The notes: generated by a model from the letters alone, not told the origin. A DNA stretch of 64,000 nucleotides from Nitrospirota bacterium (GCA_963751455.1 CAVVUN010000002.1:64001-128000), one strand, 5' to 3'; shown: positions 41,663-52,741, numbered from the stretch's first letter. A program made the numbers and translations.

Positions 41663-42255
41663 TGAAAAGTCTGCTGTTCCGCGTAAGGAATATCCTCATC
41701 CGGCCAGGACAAGAATGGCGAGTGATCAGAGACGAACCGGCGACCTACGGCGGCATTATCCTCCGTTATGTCTGCGTGCTCGCAGTGATTCCGCCGCTTG
41801 CGGCCGTCGCAGGCCGGATCATTTTTGATCGTGATATTCCGCACGCCGCCCTCAGTTTATCCGCTGCCTATCTCGTCATCTCCAATATCGTGTGGTACTT
41901 CATGTTCCTGTCGAATGTGGTGATTGCAGGAGCGATAATTACGCTGATTGTGACACCGTCTGATTCGCGCATGAACGGCCTCCAGGGCCTGAAGATTTCA
42001 GCATACTCGTTTACCCCTCTCTTTATCGCCGGCTCTATTGCGGTCTTCCCGAAAATGGGATGGGTTTTGAATGCTGCAATTGCGTATAGTCTCTATCTGC
42101 TGTATCTCGGCATCATTGCTGTAGCGTCAATGGGGAAAAGGCAGGCTCTCGGGTATGCTGTCGGCTCATTTCTTTCTGTTGCAGTGATTGTGGGTTTTAT
42201 GAACCTTTTCGAGTACTTTCTCGAATCATTTGTTATGTCCAGGATCATGTTTTAG
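41659..42255 (+). CDS. Yip1-family membrane protein
   Basis: P..EW..I..E, AYSFTP, YSLYLLYLG; about 5 TM segments. Confidence 0.85.
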   Translation: MMKSLLFRVRNILIRPGQEWRVIRDEPATYGGIILRYVCVLAVIPPLAAVAGRIIFDRDIPHAALSLSAAYLVISNIVWYFMFLSNVVIAGAIITLIVTPSDSRMNGLQGLKISAYSFTPLFIAGSIAVFPKMGWVLNAAIAYSLYLLYLGIIAVASMGKRQALGYAVGSFLSVAVIVGFMNLFEYFLESFVMSRIMF

Positions 42256-42264
42256 CGGAGCTCC

Positions 42265-43386
42265 ATGAAACCGATCTACCTCGATTATAATGCCAGCACA
42301 CCGATCGACCCGGCAGTCCTTGAGGAAATGCTGCCCTTTCTGAAGGAGCGCTACGGCAACCCTTCCAGCAACCACAGCTTCGGGGTCGTTTTGAGGGCGG
42401 CGATTGAGCAGGCACGAGAGCGTATGGCCCTGCTGCTGGGGTGCGAGGCAACAGAGCTCATCTTCACGAGCGGGGCCACGGAATCGAACAACATGGTTAT
42501 TAAAGGCATCGCGAAGGCGGCCGGAAAGGGAAAGCATTTCATAACGTCCCGAATAGAGCACCCGGCCGTCCTGGAACCCTGCCGGCATCTTGAACGCTAC
42601 GGATATACGGTTACCTATCTCCCGGTGGACCGCTTCGGCATGGTTGATCCGTCCGAGCTCGAAAAGGCGATAACGAAGGACACTGTGCTCGTATCGATCA
42701 TGCATTCCAATAATGAAGTCGGCACCATACAGGATATAGAGCATCTGTCCGGTATCGCATCGTCCCGGGGGGTGCTGTTTCACACCGATGCCGCCCAAAG
42801 CGTCGGGAAGGTGCCTGTGCAGGCACACCAGCTGGGAATCGACTTTCTTACAATCGCGGGCCATAAGTTTTACGCTCCGAAAGGCATCGGCGCATTGTAT
42901 ATCAAGAGCGGCCGAAAACTTCAGCCCCTTCTCCACGGGGCGGGACATGAGCGGGGACTCCGGCCCGGCACCGAGAACTCCGCATCAATAGCAGGCCTCG
43001 GCGCCGCAGCGATGGCTGCGGCGCCGATTTTGAAAGAAGAAGCAGCGCGCCAGTACCGGCTGGGCACCCGCTTGTTCGAGGGGCTCAAGGCAGCGGGCAT
43101 CGATGCGCACCTGAACGGCCATCCTGAAAAGAAACTGCCGAATACCTGGAACATCAGTTTCGCGGGATTTACGGCTACCGAGGTGATGGAGGCTTTACCG
43201 GAAGTAGCGGTATCGCCGGGCGCGGCGTGCCATGGCGACATTGTAGAGCCTTCGCACGTGCTGTCCGCAATGGGAGTCGATCCGTCACTCGCCCGGGGCG
43301 CTGTACGTTTCAGCCTCGGCAGGGAAACCACGGAAGCGGAAATAGATACGGTGATAGAGATGCTGAAGAGAGGACTGAGAAAATAA
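42265..43386 (+). CDS. Cysteine desulfurase (group I NifS/IscS-like)
   Basis: YLDYNASTP, FTSGATES, HTDAAQ, GHKFY.PKG and SPGAACH. Confidence 0.95.
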   Translation: MKPIYLDYNASTPIDPAVLEEMLPFLKERYGNPSSNHSFGVVLRAAIEQARERMALLLGCEATELIFTSGATESNNMVIKGIAKAAGKGKHFITSRIEHPAVLEPCRHLERYGYTVTYLPVDRFGMVDPSELEKAITKDTVLVSIMHSNNEVGTIQDIEHLSGIASSRGVLFHTDAAQSVGKVPVQAHQLGIDFLTIAGHKFYAPKGIGALYIKSGRKLQPLLHGAGHERGLRPGTENSASIAGLGAAAMAAAPILKEEAARQYRLGTRLFEGLKAAGIDAHLNGHPEKKLPNTWNISFAGFTATEVMEALPEVAVSPGAACHGDIVEPSHVLSAMGVDPSLARGAVRFSLGRETTEAEIDTVIEMLKRGLRK

Positions 43387-43424
43387 AGATCTCGAAGCAA
43401 GACGCGCGAATCCTAAACGAATTT

Positions 43425-43582
43425 GTAACTACTCAGGTCATTTCTTTATCCGCAGATTACGCAGATAAAAACAAAACCCGAATTCTGGTTTTAAAATCTG
43501 CGTCCATCTGCGAAATCTGCGGATAGAAGGCTTTTTCTCAGATTTGTCTTAATGCCGTTCTGAAAAGAAGCTGAATAGTTAC
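43425..43582. mobile_element. 158-bp MITE with terminal IRs and 8-bp target duplication
   Basis: TIR GTAACTACTCAG / CTGAATAGTTAC; ACGAATTT directly flanks both ends (43417-43424 and 43583-43590). Confidence 0.85.
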
Positions 43583-43824
43583 ACGAATTTTATAATTTAT
43601 AATTTGCATTAAAAACCTTTACTTCGCATTATCTTTAAATTCGAGTCAAGTTTTTGAGAAGCTAAAAAGCATTTACCGCGAAGGCGCGAGGAGCGCGAAG
43701 GAAACCATACGACAAAATCTTATTTCTGGTTTAAACCCGTTTCAATTCCTGCTTTCCTCGCGTCCTTCGCGCCTGGTTCCAAGGTATTTTTTCATCGGTC
43801 TGAGGCCTTGCCTCGTTAACCATT

Positions 43825-45210
43825 ATGTCAGACGAAACCATACTCATAATCGATGATGAAGAAAGCGTACGGAACAGCCTTGCCGGAGTAATGAAGGATG
43901 AAGGGTACGACGTTGTGCTTGCTGTTTCCGGCAGGGAGGCGCTCGACCTGCTTCATGAGGCACAGCCCTCGGTAGCTCTTCTCGATATCGCCATGCCGGG
44001 TATGGACGGCATTGAAACACTTCGGCGGCTGAAGGAGATAAGGCCTGAGTTGCCGGTGGTCATGATAACCGGCCACGGGACAATCGAAATCGCGGTTAAA
44101 ACTACAAAAATGGGGGCGTACGATTTCATCGTGAAACCTCCGGAACTGCAGCATCTCATTCTTGTTGTCAGGCATGCGATCGATGAGTCCCGGCTCCGGG
44201 AGGAGAACGAGTCTCTCAAAAAGAGAATCGAGCGGCGTTGCCAGATCGTGGGCGAGAGTGAAAAAATCCAGACGTTGAAGCGCCAGATTTCGGTTGCAGG
44301 GCCGACGAACGGGTGGGTGCTTGTCCACGGCGAGAGCGGCACAGGCAAGGAACTCGTCGCGCGCGCCATCCACGGAGCCAGCAAGCGTGCCGGCGGACCG
44401 TTCATTGAAGTAAACTGCGCAGCGATACCGCAGGACCTCATTGAAAGTGAACTCTTCGGCCACGAGAAAGGCTCGTTTACGGGCGCGACAGGCACGAAGC
44501 GGGGCAAGTTTGAACTGGCGCACAACGGGTCCATTTTCCTGGATGAAATAGGGGACATGAGCACTGCCACTCAGGCCAAGGTGCTTCGAGTGCTTGAAGG
44601 CCAGGATTTCCAGCGCGTCGGCGGCACAAAGACTCTGAAGTCCGATATGAGGGTCATCGCTGCGTCCAATAAAAACCTCGCGGATGAGATCAAAAAAGGC
44701 GCTTTTCGCGATGACCTTTACTATCGCCTGAACGTAATTCCCCTCGATGTGCCGCCGCTTCGAGAGCGGAGCGATGACGTCGGATTGCTCGTGCGGCACT
44801 TTCTGAACGAGTTCTCGGCCGAATACGGACAGAAACCAAAGAAGATCGAGGATGATGCGCTTGCCCTCTTTTCGCACTATTCCTGGCCGGGCAACGTTCG
44901 GGAACTCCGGAACATCATAGAACGTCTTATCATCATGGTCCCCGGTCCTGTGCTTACGGTCCGTGACATACCGCCTCCGCTCAACCCCGCTCTCCGGGAA
45001 AACGTAACGGAAAAGCCGAATGGCGGCCGGGCCGCAGGCCATCATCACGCAAGTCTCAAAGCGGCCAGGGCCGAATTCGAGCGGGAGTTCATTACGCGGA
45101 AGCTCAGAGAATATGACGGCAACGTGAGCAAAACAGCCGACGCTATCGGTGTGGAACGCAGCAACCTGCACAGGAAGATTAAAACACTCGGGATCGAGAT
45201 GGACGATTAA
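43825..45210 (+). CDS. Sigma54-dependent response regulator (NtrX/NtrC-like)
   Basis: Receiver domain, GESGTGKE, GSFTGA, WPGNVREL and Fis HTH (ERSNLHRK). Confidence 0.95.
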   Translation: MSDETILIIDDEESVRNSLAGVMKDEGYDVVLAVSGREALDLLHEAQPSVALLDIAMPGMDGIETLRRLKEIRPELPVVMITGHGTIEIAVKTTKMGAYDFIVKPPELQHLILVVRHAIDESRLREENESLKKRIERRCQIVGESEKIQTLKRQISVAGPTNGWVLVHGESGTGKELVARAIHGASKRAGGPFIEVNCAAIPQDLIESELFGHEKGSFTGATGTKRGKFELAHNGSIFLDEIGDMSTATQAKVLRVLEGQDFQRVGGTKTLKSDMRVIAASNKNLADEIKKGAFRDDLYYRLNVIPLDVPPLRERSDDVGLLVRHFLNEFSAEYGQKPKKIEDDALALFSHYSWPGNVRELRNIIERLIIMVPGPVLTVRDIPPPLNPALRENVTEKPNGGRAAGHHHASLKAARAEFEREFITRKLREYDGNVSKTADAIGVERSNLHRKIKTLGIEMDD

Positions 45211-45219
45211 CTCTTTTAT

Positions 45220-45680
45220 TTGGCACGGATAACGCGGATTAACACGGATAAAATCCAGGAAATAATTAACGAGGCAGCGCCTCAGACCAATAAACCAAAA
45301 TCAAGACCTTTGAATCTGCCTCACACGAAGCCGCGAAGACACGAAGAAATTCCAGATTCAAAATTAAGATTCATGTTTTCTTTGTGGGCTTTGCCTGCAC
45401 CCCGCGCTTACGAGTGCACGCGCGAGTGCAGGGTGTGACTTTGTGTGAAAATTGGGTTTTGGTTTTGATCCAAAAAACTTGACTCAAACTTTCAGATGTT
45501 GGTTCGTAAAGTACTTTAACCGCGAATAAACGCGAATGAACACGATAAAAACTTGATCCAGCCGCAAAAATGCGCAAGAAGCGCAAAAATTTTTTAAAGT
45601 CCTTTTTGTGACTTTTGAGCTTTCGTGGCAAAAAGAATTTAATCTTCTATCCGTGTCCATCAGTGTGCATCCGTGGCTAA
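45220..45680. repeat. Nest of palindromic repeat elements
   Basis: Outer arms GGCACGGAT..ACACGGAT / ATCCGTGT..ATCCGTGGC enclose other repeats. GCCGCAAAAATGCGCAAGAAGCGCAA at 45561 is identical to 16398. Confidence 0.7.
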
Positions 45681-45696
45681 GACTATCCTTGTGATC

Positions 45697-46589
<893 letters not shown>

Positions 46590-46668
46590 TATAAACCCTG
46601 AGAGCATCATGAACGAATAGCAGTATGGCCGTCTCCTGATTTCTGGCTTCTGTCTTCTAAGGTTGATA

Positions 46669-47400
46669 ATGAACTTCTACCCAATTTTCTGGAAAGAAAT
46701 GATGCTCATCCGCAAGAAACCGTGGCGCTTCCTTGCGTCGAGCCTCGTCATGCCGCTTCTTTACCTCGTTACGTTCGGCTGGGGTCTCGGGCGCAGCATG
46801 GGGGGGAGTGGACAACCGTATCTGGATTTCATCCTGCCCGGCATTCTAGCCCTGTCCGCAATGAACAACAGCTTTACCCCGGTCTCGGCGTCGATGAATA
46901 TCAGCAAGCTCTACACCAAAACTCTTGAGGAGGTGCTGGTTTCTCCGGTGACTGCATGGGAAATCGCCTTCGGAAGGAGCCTGGTTGGGCTTGTCCGGGG
47001 CTTGTTCTCGGCGCTGATGATGATGTTTGTCGGGCTCGCTTCCGGTATGCAGCTCCATCTTTCTTTTTTCTTTTTCGTTGTGCTTGCTCTTACCGCGTTT
47101 TGTTTCGGGGCGGCGGGGGTAGCAGCGGCCATGCTCGCCCGTACGCACGAGGATATGGCCAATTTCAACAGCTTTTTTATGGTGCCGATGTCGTTTCTCG
47201 CCGGAACTTTTTTTTCCCCGGAACGCCTGCCTGAACCGTTCCAAAGTCTCATTCTCGTGTATCCGCTTACGCACGCCAGCATTCTGCTGAGAGCGCTCAC
47301 GTCCGGTTTCGAGCCGTCTCCCTGGCCTGTTTTCGTACTTGCGGCATACACAGTCATGTTTTTCTCGCTTGCGGTAAGATTGATCAATATGCCTCAATAG
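46669..47400 (+). CDS. ABC-2 transporter permease
   Basis: YLDFILPGI, PMSFLAGTFF and PLTH; 6 TM segments. Confidence 0.93.
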   Translation: MNFYPIFWKEMMLIRKKPWRFLASSLVMPLLYLVTFGWGLGRSMGGSGQPYLDFILPGILALSAMNNSFTPVSASMNISKLYTKTLEEVLVSPVTAWEIAFGRSLVGLVRGLFSALMMMFVGLASGMQLHLSFFFFVVLALTAFCFGAAGVAAAMLARTHEDMANFNSFFMVPMSFLAGTFFSPERLPEPFQSLILVYPLTHASILLRALTSGFEPSPWPVFVLAAYTVMFFSLAVRLINMPQ

Positions 47401-47555
47401 TGGATGGGCATCATGGACTTTTCAAAAGATGCCGACTATTTTCTCATACAACTGAATGGCTGAGAGGTTTGTGTCAGCCCATTTTTGATTGACTTTTCAC
47501 GGTCTTAAGGCTAATATTTCACCTCGTATCGAATTTCACTATAAAGGTCCTGACA

Positions 47556-49739
47556 ATGCCTAAAGTTCAATTCATCTTTGCGATCCATAACCATCAGCCG
47601 GTCGGGAATTTCGATTTTGTAGCCGAAGAAGCCTATCAGAAATCCTATCTTCCGTTCGTCGAACTGCTTGAGCGGCATCCGCAGATCAGGATAACGCTGC
47701 ATTATACCGGCATTCTTTTTCATTTTTTCGAGAAGCAGCACCCGGAATTCATCGAAAAGCTGAAGAGGATCGTTACCCGGGGACAGGCTGAGCTCCTCTC
47801 CGGCGGTTTCTATGAGCCTGTTCTTGCGGTGCTGCCCGATGAGGACAAGATCGGCCAGGTCCGGGCCCTGACCGGTTATATCGAGAAGCTCTTCGCGTAC
47901 CGGCCTGAGGGAATGTGGCTTGCCGAACGCGTCTGGGAACCACAGCTTCCAAAATTCATTGCGGCTGCAGGGATTAACCATGTGGTGGTCGATGATTTTC
48001 ATTTCAAGATGGCGGGCCTGAGCGACAACGAACTGGACGGATATTATATTACGGAGGAGCAGGAGGGCGTGATACGGATCTTTCCGGGCAGCGAACTGCT
48101 GCGCTACCTGATCCCTTTTCGTCCTGTTGAGGAGACCATCAACCACCTGAAGACCTTTCGCTCCGCAGACCGGAACAGGCTTGTGGTCATGGCCGACGAC
48201 GGCGAGAAATTCGGGGTTTGGCCGGAGACGTATCATTCCGTATACGAAGAAGGCTGGCTTGACCGGTTTTACACAACGCTCGAGGAGAATTCCGACTGGC
48301 TCGAGACCACGACCTTTTCGGAGTACCTCAAAAAAGAACCCGCTCTCGGCATAACATACCTGCCTACGGCGTCCTATATGGAAATGGGTGAATGGTCCCT
48401 TCCGGCCGTTGCCATGAAAAAATATGAGGCGGTGCTTGCCAAGGTGAAGAACAACGGGGACCTTGATTTGTTCAGGCCCTTCATCAAGGGCGGCTTCTGG
48501 AGAAATTTTTTTGCAAAGTATCCCGAGAGCAATCATATGCACAAGCGCATGATGATGGTGAGCCGCAAGGTGCATGAGGTTCTTGCCTCGAACGGGGGCC
48601 GCAAGAGCGCAGAGGCATTGCGCATGGTTGACGATTTGTACCAGTCTCAGTGCAACGACTCCTACTGGCACGGAGTTTTCGGCGGGCTTTACCTTCCTCA
48701 TTTACGGTCCGCGGTATACGAACACCTGATCAAGGCGGAATACACGGCCGACAAGGCGTTGAAGGCAGGAGGGGCGAGGGACGAGGGGCGAGAGAAAAAG
48801 AAAAAAAATCAGGCAGCTTCCTGGATCGAGATTGAGCAGGGAGACTTCGATCGGAACGGCCGCGAAGAAGTCATGATCAACTCGGAGCTCCTGAATGTCT
48901 TCATTGACCCGGCCCACGGCGGGATGATAACGGAGCTTGACTGGAAACCGCGGTCCTTCAACCTCACCAACACGCTTACGCGAAGGCCGGAAGTTTATCA
49001 CGAGAAGATCCTTCAGATGGTCCGGGAAAAGGCGGGCGCGGGGGAAGCCGGACCCAAGACCATTCACGAGCGGGTTGCCGTAAAAGAGGAAGGGCTTCAC
49101 GATCATCTCGTTTACGATTGGTACGCCAGAAGTTCGCTGCTCGACCACTTCCTGGGTTCCGGCGCGGATGTTTTGAGTGTCATGAAATCCCGCTACGATG
49201 AGGCAGGTGATTTTTTGCTCGGTCAATATCGAGTGCAGTCGAAAAAAACGAAGACAAGCGCCACGGTAACTCTGGAACGCGACGGAAAAGTATCCGGGCT
49301 CGACGTGAAACTCGCGAAAGAGCTGACGCTGCACAGCGGCATTCCGGAACTTTCGATCAGATATTCCATAACAAATGCGAACAGCGAAGAACTAAACACC
49401 AGCTTCGGTGCAGAATTCAACTTTTCACTTCTTGCTGGAAATGCTCATGACCGGTACTATGAAATTCCCGGGCACATTCTTGACAGGAGAAACCTCGCTT
49501 CGATCGGGGAAACGAACAATGTTAGCCGGGTGAGCATCATTGACGAATGGCTAAAACTGAAACTTACGCTGGCCTTCTCCCAGCCGGCTGCCCTGTGGAG
49601 GGCGCCGATCGAGACGGTCTCGCAGTCTGAAGCGGGATTCGAGCGAGTATATCAGAGTTCCATGGTTATGCCGATCTGGCGTATTTCACTCAAGCCTGCT
49701 GCAACGTGGGAAACAAAGATCAAGCTGGACGTGGAATAG
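47556..49739 (+). CDS. GH57 alpha-amylase / 4-alpha-glucanotransferase
   Basis: HNHQP, WLAERVW, DDGEKFG, QCNDSYWHG and SQSEAGFE. Confidence 0.95.
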   Translation: MPKVQFIFAIHNHQPVGNFDFVAEEAYQKSYLPFVELLERHPQIRITLHYTGILFHFFEKQHPEFIEKLKRIVTRGQAELLSGGFYEPVLAVLPDEDKIGQVRALTGYIEKLFAYRPEGMWLAERVWEPQLPKFIAAAGINHVVVDDFHFKMAGLSDNELDGYYITEEQEGVIRIFPGSELLRYLIPFRPVEETINHLKTFRSADRNRLVVMADDGEKFGVWPETYHSVYEEGWLDRFYTTLEENSDWLETTTFSEYLKKEPALGITYLPTASYMEMGEWSLPAVAMKKYEAVLAKVKNNGDLDLFRPFIKGGFWRNFFAKYPESNHMHKRMMMVSRKVHEVLASNGGRKSAEALRMVDDLYQSQCNDSYWHGVFGGLYLPHLRSAVYEHLIKAEYTADKALKAGGARDEGREKKKKNQAASWIEIEQGDFDRNGREEVMINSELLNVFIDPAHGGMITELDWKPRSFNLTNTLTRRPEVYHEKILQMVREKAGAGEAGPKTIHERVAVKEEGLHDHLVYDWYARSSLLDHFLGSGADVLSVMKSRYDEAGDFLLGQYRVQSKKTKTSATVTLERDGKVSGLDVKLAKELTLHSGIPELSIRYSITNANSEELNTSFGAEFNFSLLAGNAHDRYYEIPGHILDRRNLASIGETNNVSRVSIIDEWLKLKLTLAFSQPAALWRAPIETVSQSEAGFERVYQSSMVMPIWRISLKPAATWETKIKLDVE

Positions 49740-49816
49740 AGCACGTAAACATTCGCAAAGTAATCCTTGAGCGGAACGACTAAACGCTCTTGCAGATCGA
49801 AAAGAGGCATTTCTTT

Positions 49817-51586
49817 ATGAAAAAAATAGCGGTACTGTCATGCGTCTTTATATTGCTTGCTTCCTCCTACGTGTTTGCGGAGCGGCCGATCGGCACACAG
49901 GAATTCACCTCCATCGATGAACTTGCCGGAGCGGTCGCCGCATACTTCCCGAAAGCACAGGGAGAAGTGAAAGCAGTTGACAACAGCAAGCTTACCATAA
50001 CGCTCGACAGGAAAGACGGATTGACGCCCGGGATGGAGCTTGGACTCTGGAGGGAGGGCAGGGAAATCCTCCACCCCGTTACCGGCGCCGTGATCGGAAG
50101 GCAGGAAGAACATCTGGGAACGATAGAAGTAATTTCCGTGGGCGATGCGTCTTCCGTGGCTATTGTCAGGAAGAGCCTCAAGGAGCCCAGGCAGGGCGAT
50201 ACCGTGAGGATTACCCCGCGGAAGATCAAGCTCGGGATTATACCGCTGCGGCCCGATCGCCCGGACATAGTCCAGGAACTTTCGGAGCGCCTGGTAGATT
50301 ACGGGAGGTTTACGATACCCGACCAGGTGAAGACTGCGGAGTACCTCAAAGACAGGAAACAGCTCGACACGGGCCTTGTCAAGGACATGGGCCGGCAGTT
50401 CAGTCTTGACGCCGTCATTGCGCTCGGCATATACCCCATGGAAGGCAAATATCTGATTACCGCGAGAATTTTCTACACCGACGAGGCCGCCAGCACGCTC
50501 GACACGATCATAGCAACGGTGGATCTGAAATCCCGGAAAGATGCGCTTGGCGAGATTCAGCCGTTTTTTGTTCCCTCAAAGGAAGAGAAGAGCATTGCTC
50601 CGGAGCTCCCGTTTCAGGCCCGCTTCGTGAGCTGCTCCGATTTCGAGGGAGACGGGAGCCTTGAATACGCCTTCTCGGACGGGGCGCTCATCCATATTTA
50701 CCGCGACGAACCGAGCGGATGGCGCGAGGTCTGGACTGAGACCGCCCGGACTGAACGGCAGGGGATCGTACACATCAATATCGATGCGGCGGACATTAAC
50801 GGCAACGGCAAGGCCGAACTGTTCGTGACTGCCATGCTGAACGGAAGCGTATTTTCCTATGTGCTCGAGTTCCGCGATGGAATGTACAAGCAGATCGCGG
50901 ATGTTACCGCGTTTCTGCGTGTTCTAGCCTATCCCGGAAAAGGCTTACAGCTGCTGGGACAGGCATACGATCCGGCGGCCTTTTACTCAGGAGAACCGGC
51001 GCTTTATACGTGGAGCGGCGGCAAATATACCGGCGGACGCGCGTTTCCCCTGCCGAAGGGGGTGACCTTGTATGGCTTTACCGTTGCCAGGTTCGCGGAG
51101 TCGCAGCCGCTTCTTGTCGGTTTTGATGAAGAAGATCATCTGCTTGTTTTCTCCGGGGGCACTCCTCTCTGGAGAAGCGAGGAACGATATTCCGCCGTTG
51201 ATACGTATATCTACAAACCGGTGACCGGCATCGGAGCAGTTCTCGCAAAAGAAGCGCGGGAAAACGAAAAAAGCCAACGGGTGCGGATCCCGGGCAGGGT
51301 CATGGCGATCGATGCCGATGCAGACGGTAAAGATGAAATCATTGTTCCGAAGAACTTAGCCGGGTCATACCTGGGAGAATACAAAGAGGCGGAATTGAAA
51401 AGTCTGACATGGACCGGTGCCAGGCTCGAACAGCGCTGGAGCGTGAACGATATCCCGGGTGCCGTGCTTGATTTTCAGGTAATGCATCAGGAGACGGCCG
51501 GATCAAGGATCATTGCGCTGGTGCGGAACAACGGTGGAATATTCAGCAAGGACCGTATCCGCACCATGAGCTATTCGGTAAAATAA
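49817..51586 (+). CDS. Exported FG-GAP/VCBS repeat protein
   Basis: Signal peptide; HPVTG motif; DINGNGKAE and DADGKDE repeats. Confidence 0.85.
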   Translation: MKKIAVLSCVFILLASSYVFAERPIGTQEFTSIDELAGAVAAYFPKAQGEVKAVDNSKLTITLDRKDGLTPGMELGLWREGREILHPVTGAVIGRQEEHLGTIEVISVGDASSVAIVRKSLKEPRQGDTVRITPRKIKLGIIPLRPDRPDIVQELSERLVDYGRFTIPDQVKTAEYLKDRKQLDTGLVKDMGRQFSLDAVIALGIYPMEGKYLITARIFYTDEAASTLDTIIATVDLKSRKDALGEIQPFFVPSKEEKSIAPELPFQARFVSCSDFEGDGSLEYAFSDGALIHIYRDEPSGWREVWTETARTERQGIVHINIDAADINGNGKAELFVTAMLNGSVFSYVLEFRDGMYKQIADVTAFLRVLAYPGKGLQLLGQAYDPAAFYSGEPALYTWSGGKYTGGRAFPLPKGVTLYGFTVARFAESQPLLVGFDEEDHLLVFSGGTPLWRSEERYSAVDTYIYKPVTGIGAVLAKEARENEKSQRVRIPGRVMAIDADADGKDEIIVPKNLAGSYLGEYKEAELKSLTWTGARLEQRWSVNDIPGAVLDFQVMHQETAGSRIIALVRNNGGIFSKDRIRTMSYSVK

Positions 51587-51612
51587 CGAAGAACAGGCGG
51601 ATTCGACAGAAC

Positions 51613-52371
51613 ATGAACAGTAAAAACCCAACGCTCAAGGATCTTCTTTCGAAAGTCGACATGCATTCGCTTCCGAAGCATATCGCGATTATCATGGACG
51701 GCAACGGCAGATGGGCGATCCGTCGGGGGCTGCCGAGGATAGCCGGCCATAAGAGGGGAGCCGAAACGGTGCGCCTGATTACGGACCAGTGCCGTCAACT
51801 GGGCGTCTCAGTACTGACCCTGTATGCTTTTTCCGACGAGAATTGGGGCAGACCCAAGGAAGAAGTAGGTTTTCTCATGGACATGCTGAGCTCTTTTTTA
51901 AAGGCTGAGATCGAAACGATGAAAAAGAAGGGAATTAAATTCCGCACCATCGGCAACATCGAGCGTCTTCCCCGATCGGTGCAGAACTGGATAAAAAAAG
52001 CGTCATCCGAGACCAGGGATAATAAGGACCTGATATTGAATCTTGCGCTCTCATACGGAGGACGGGGCGAGATCCTCGAGGCGATCAGGCGTATGCAGAA
52101 AGCAAACGGGAATGCCGATGCGCTGAGCGAGGAAATATTCTCTTCATTTCTGGATACTGCGGGACTCCCCGATCCGGACCTGATCATTCGGACAAGCGGT
52201 GAAAAACGAATCAGCAACTTCCTGCTCTGGCAGGCGGCGTATGCGGAACTGTATTTTACGGACACGCTCTGGCCGGATTTCCATGAAGAAGACCTCCTTG
52301 CCGCCATCGTGGACTATCAGGGGCGGCAGAGAAGGTTCGGACTTACCGAGGAACAGCTCGTACAAAAGTGA
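51613..52371 (+). CDS. uppS: Undecaprenyl diphosphate synthase
   Basis: HIAIIMDGNGRWA, FS.ENW.RP, YGGR and IRTSGE.RISNFLLWQ. Confidence 0.97.
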   Translation: MNSKNPTLKDLLSKVDMHSLPKHIAIIMDGNGRWAIRRGLPRIAGHKRGAETVRLITDQCRQLGVSVLTLYAFSDENWGRPKEEVGFLMDMLSSFLKAEIETMKKKGIKFRTIGNIERLPRSVQNWIKKASSETRDNKDLILNLALSYGGRGEILEAIRRMQKANGNADALSEEIFSSFLDTAGLPDPDLIIRTSGEKRISNFLLWQAAYAELYFTDTLWPDFHEEDLLAAIVDYQGRQRRFGLTEEQLVQK

Positions 52372-52434
52372 TCGTATGACGCTCGCCTTTGTCCTCTTCC
52401 GACACGGACAGGCTTGGGTGAGGCGGAGGGTCCA

Positions 52435-52602
52435 ATGAACTGCAAGATCTGCGGCAAACAAATAGAACTCAGGGCGGGTTGACGCGTCGTCACGTTGCGC
52501 TGCACGGGATGCAGCAAGGAATACCAGATCGCCGAGTACCTCAATGAAATAGATGCACACACTTGGGAGATTATTTCGCGACGAGCCTGCAACAGAGTGT
52601 AA
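52435..52602 (+). CDS. Small dual-CxxC selenoprotein, 55 aa (absent from ORF track)
   Basis: RBS ggagg; MNCKICGKQIELRAG-U-RVVTLRCTGCSKEY..RACNRV; TGA at 52480-52482; SECIS-like hairpin. Confidence 0.8.
52495..52517 (+). promoter_or_regulatory. Bacterial SECIS-like hairpin
   Basis: GCTGCA-[CGGGA]-TGCAGC; loop starts 22 nt after the TGA. Confidence 0.7.
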
Positions 52603-52704
52603 TTGTCCGCGCTTTTTCCTTTTTCAATGAAGCAGTCCACAACCAATTAGTAAAACTCCTTTTTTATCAATAGATTTAGACGATGCTCAAATTAGAATTT
52701 TACG

Positions 52705-52741
52705 TTGACATTTCCATAATAATATAATAATGTTTGCATAT
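52705..52741 (+). promoter_or_regulatory. Sigma70 promoter overlapped by a putative ArsR operator
   Basis: TTGACA-17nt-TAATGT; ATATAA-N8-GCATAT (52722-52741) covers the -10 and recurs inverted at 56969-56988. Confidence 0.65.

Noticed and set aside
45221-45235. Sigma54 -24/-12 promoter (TGGCACGGATAACGC)
   Set aside because: The -12 element is poor and the sequence is one arm of a palindromic repeat.
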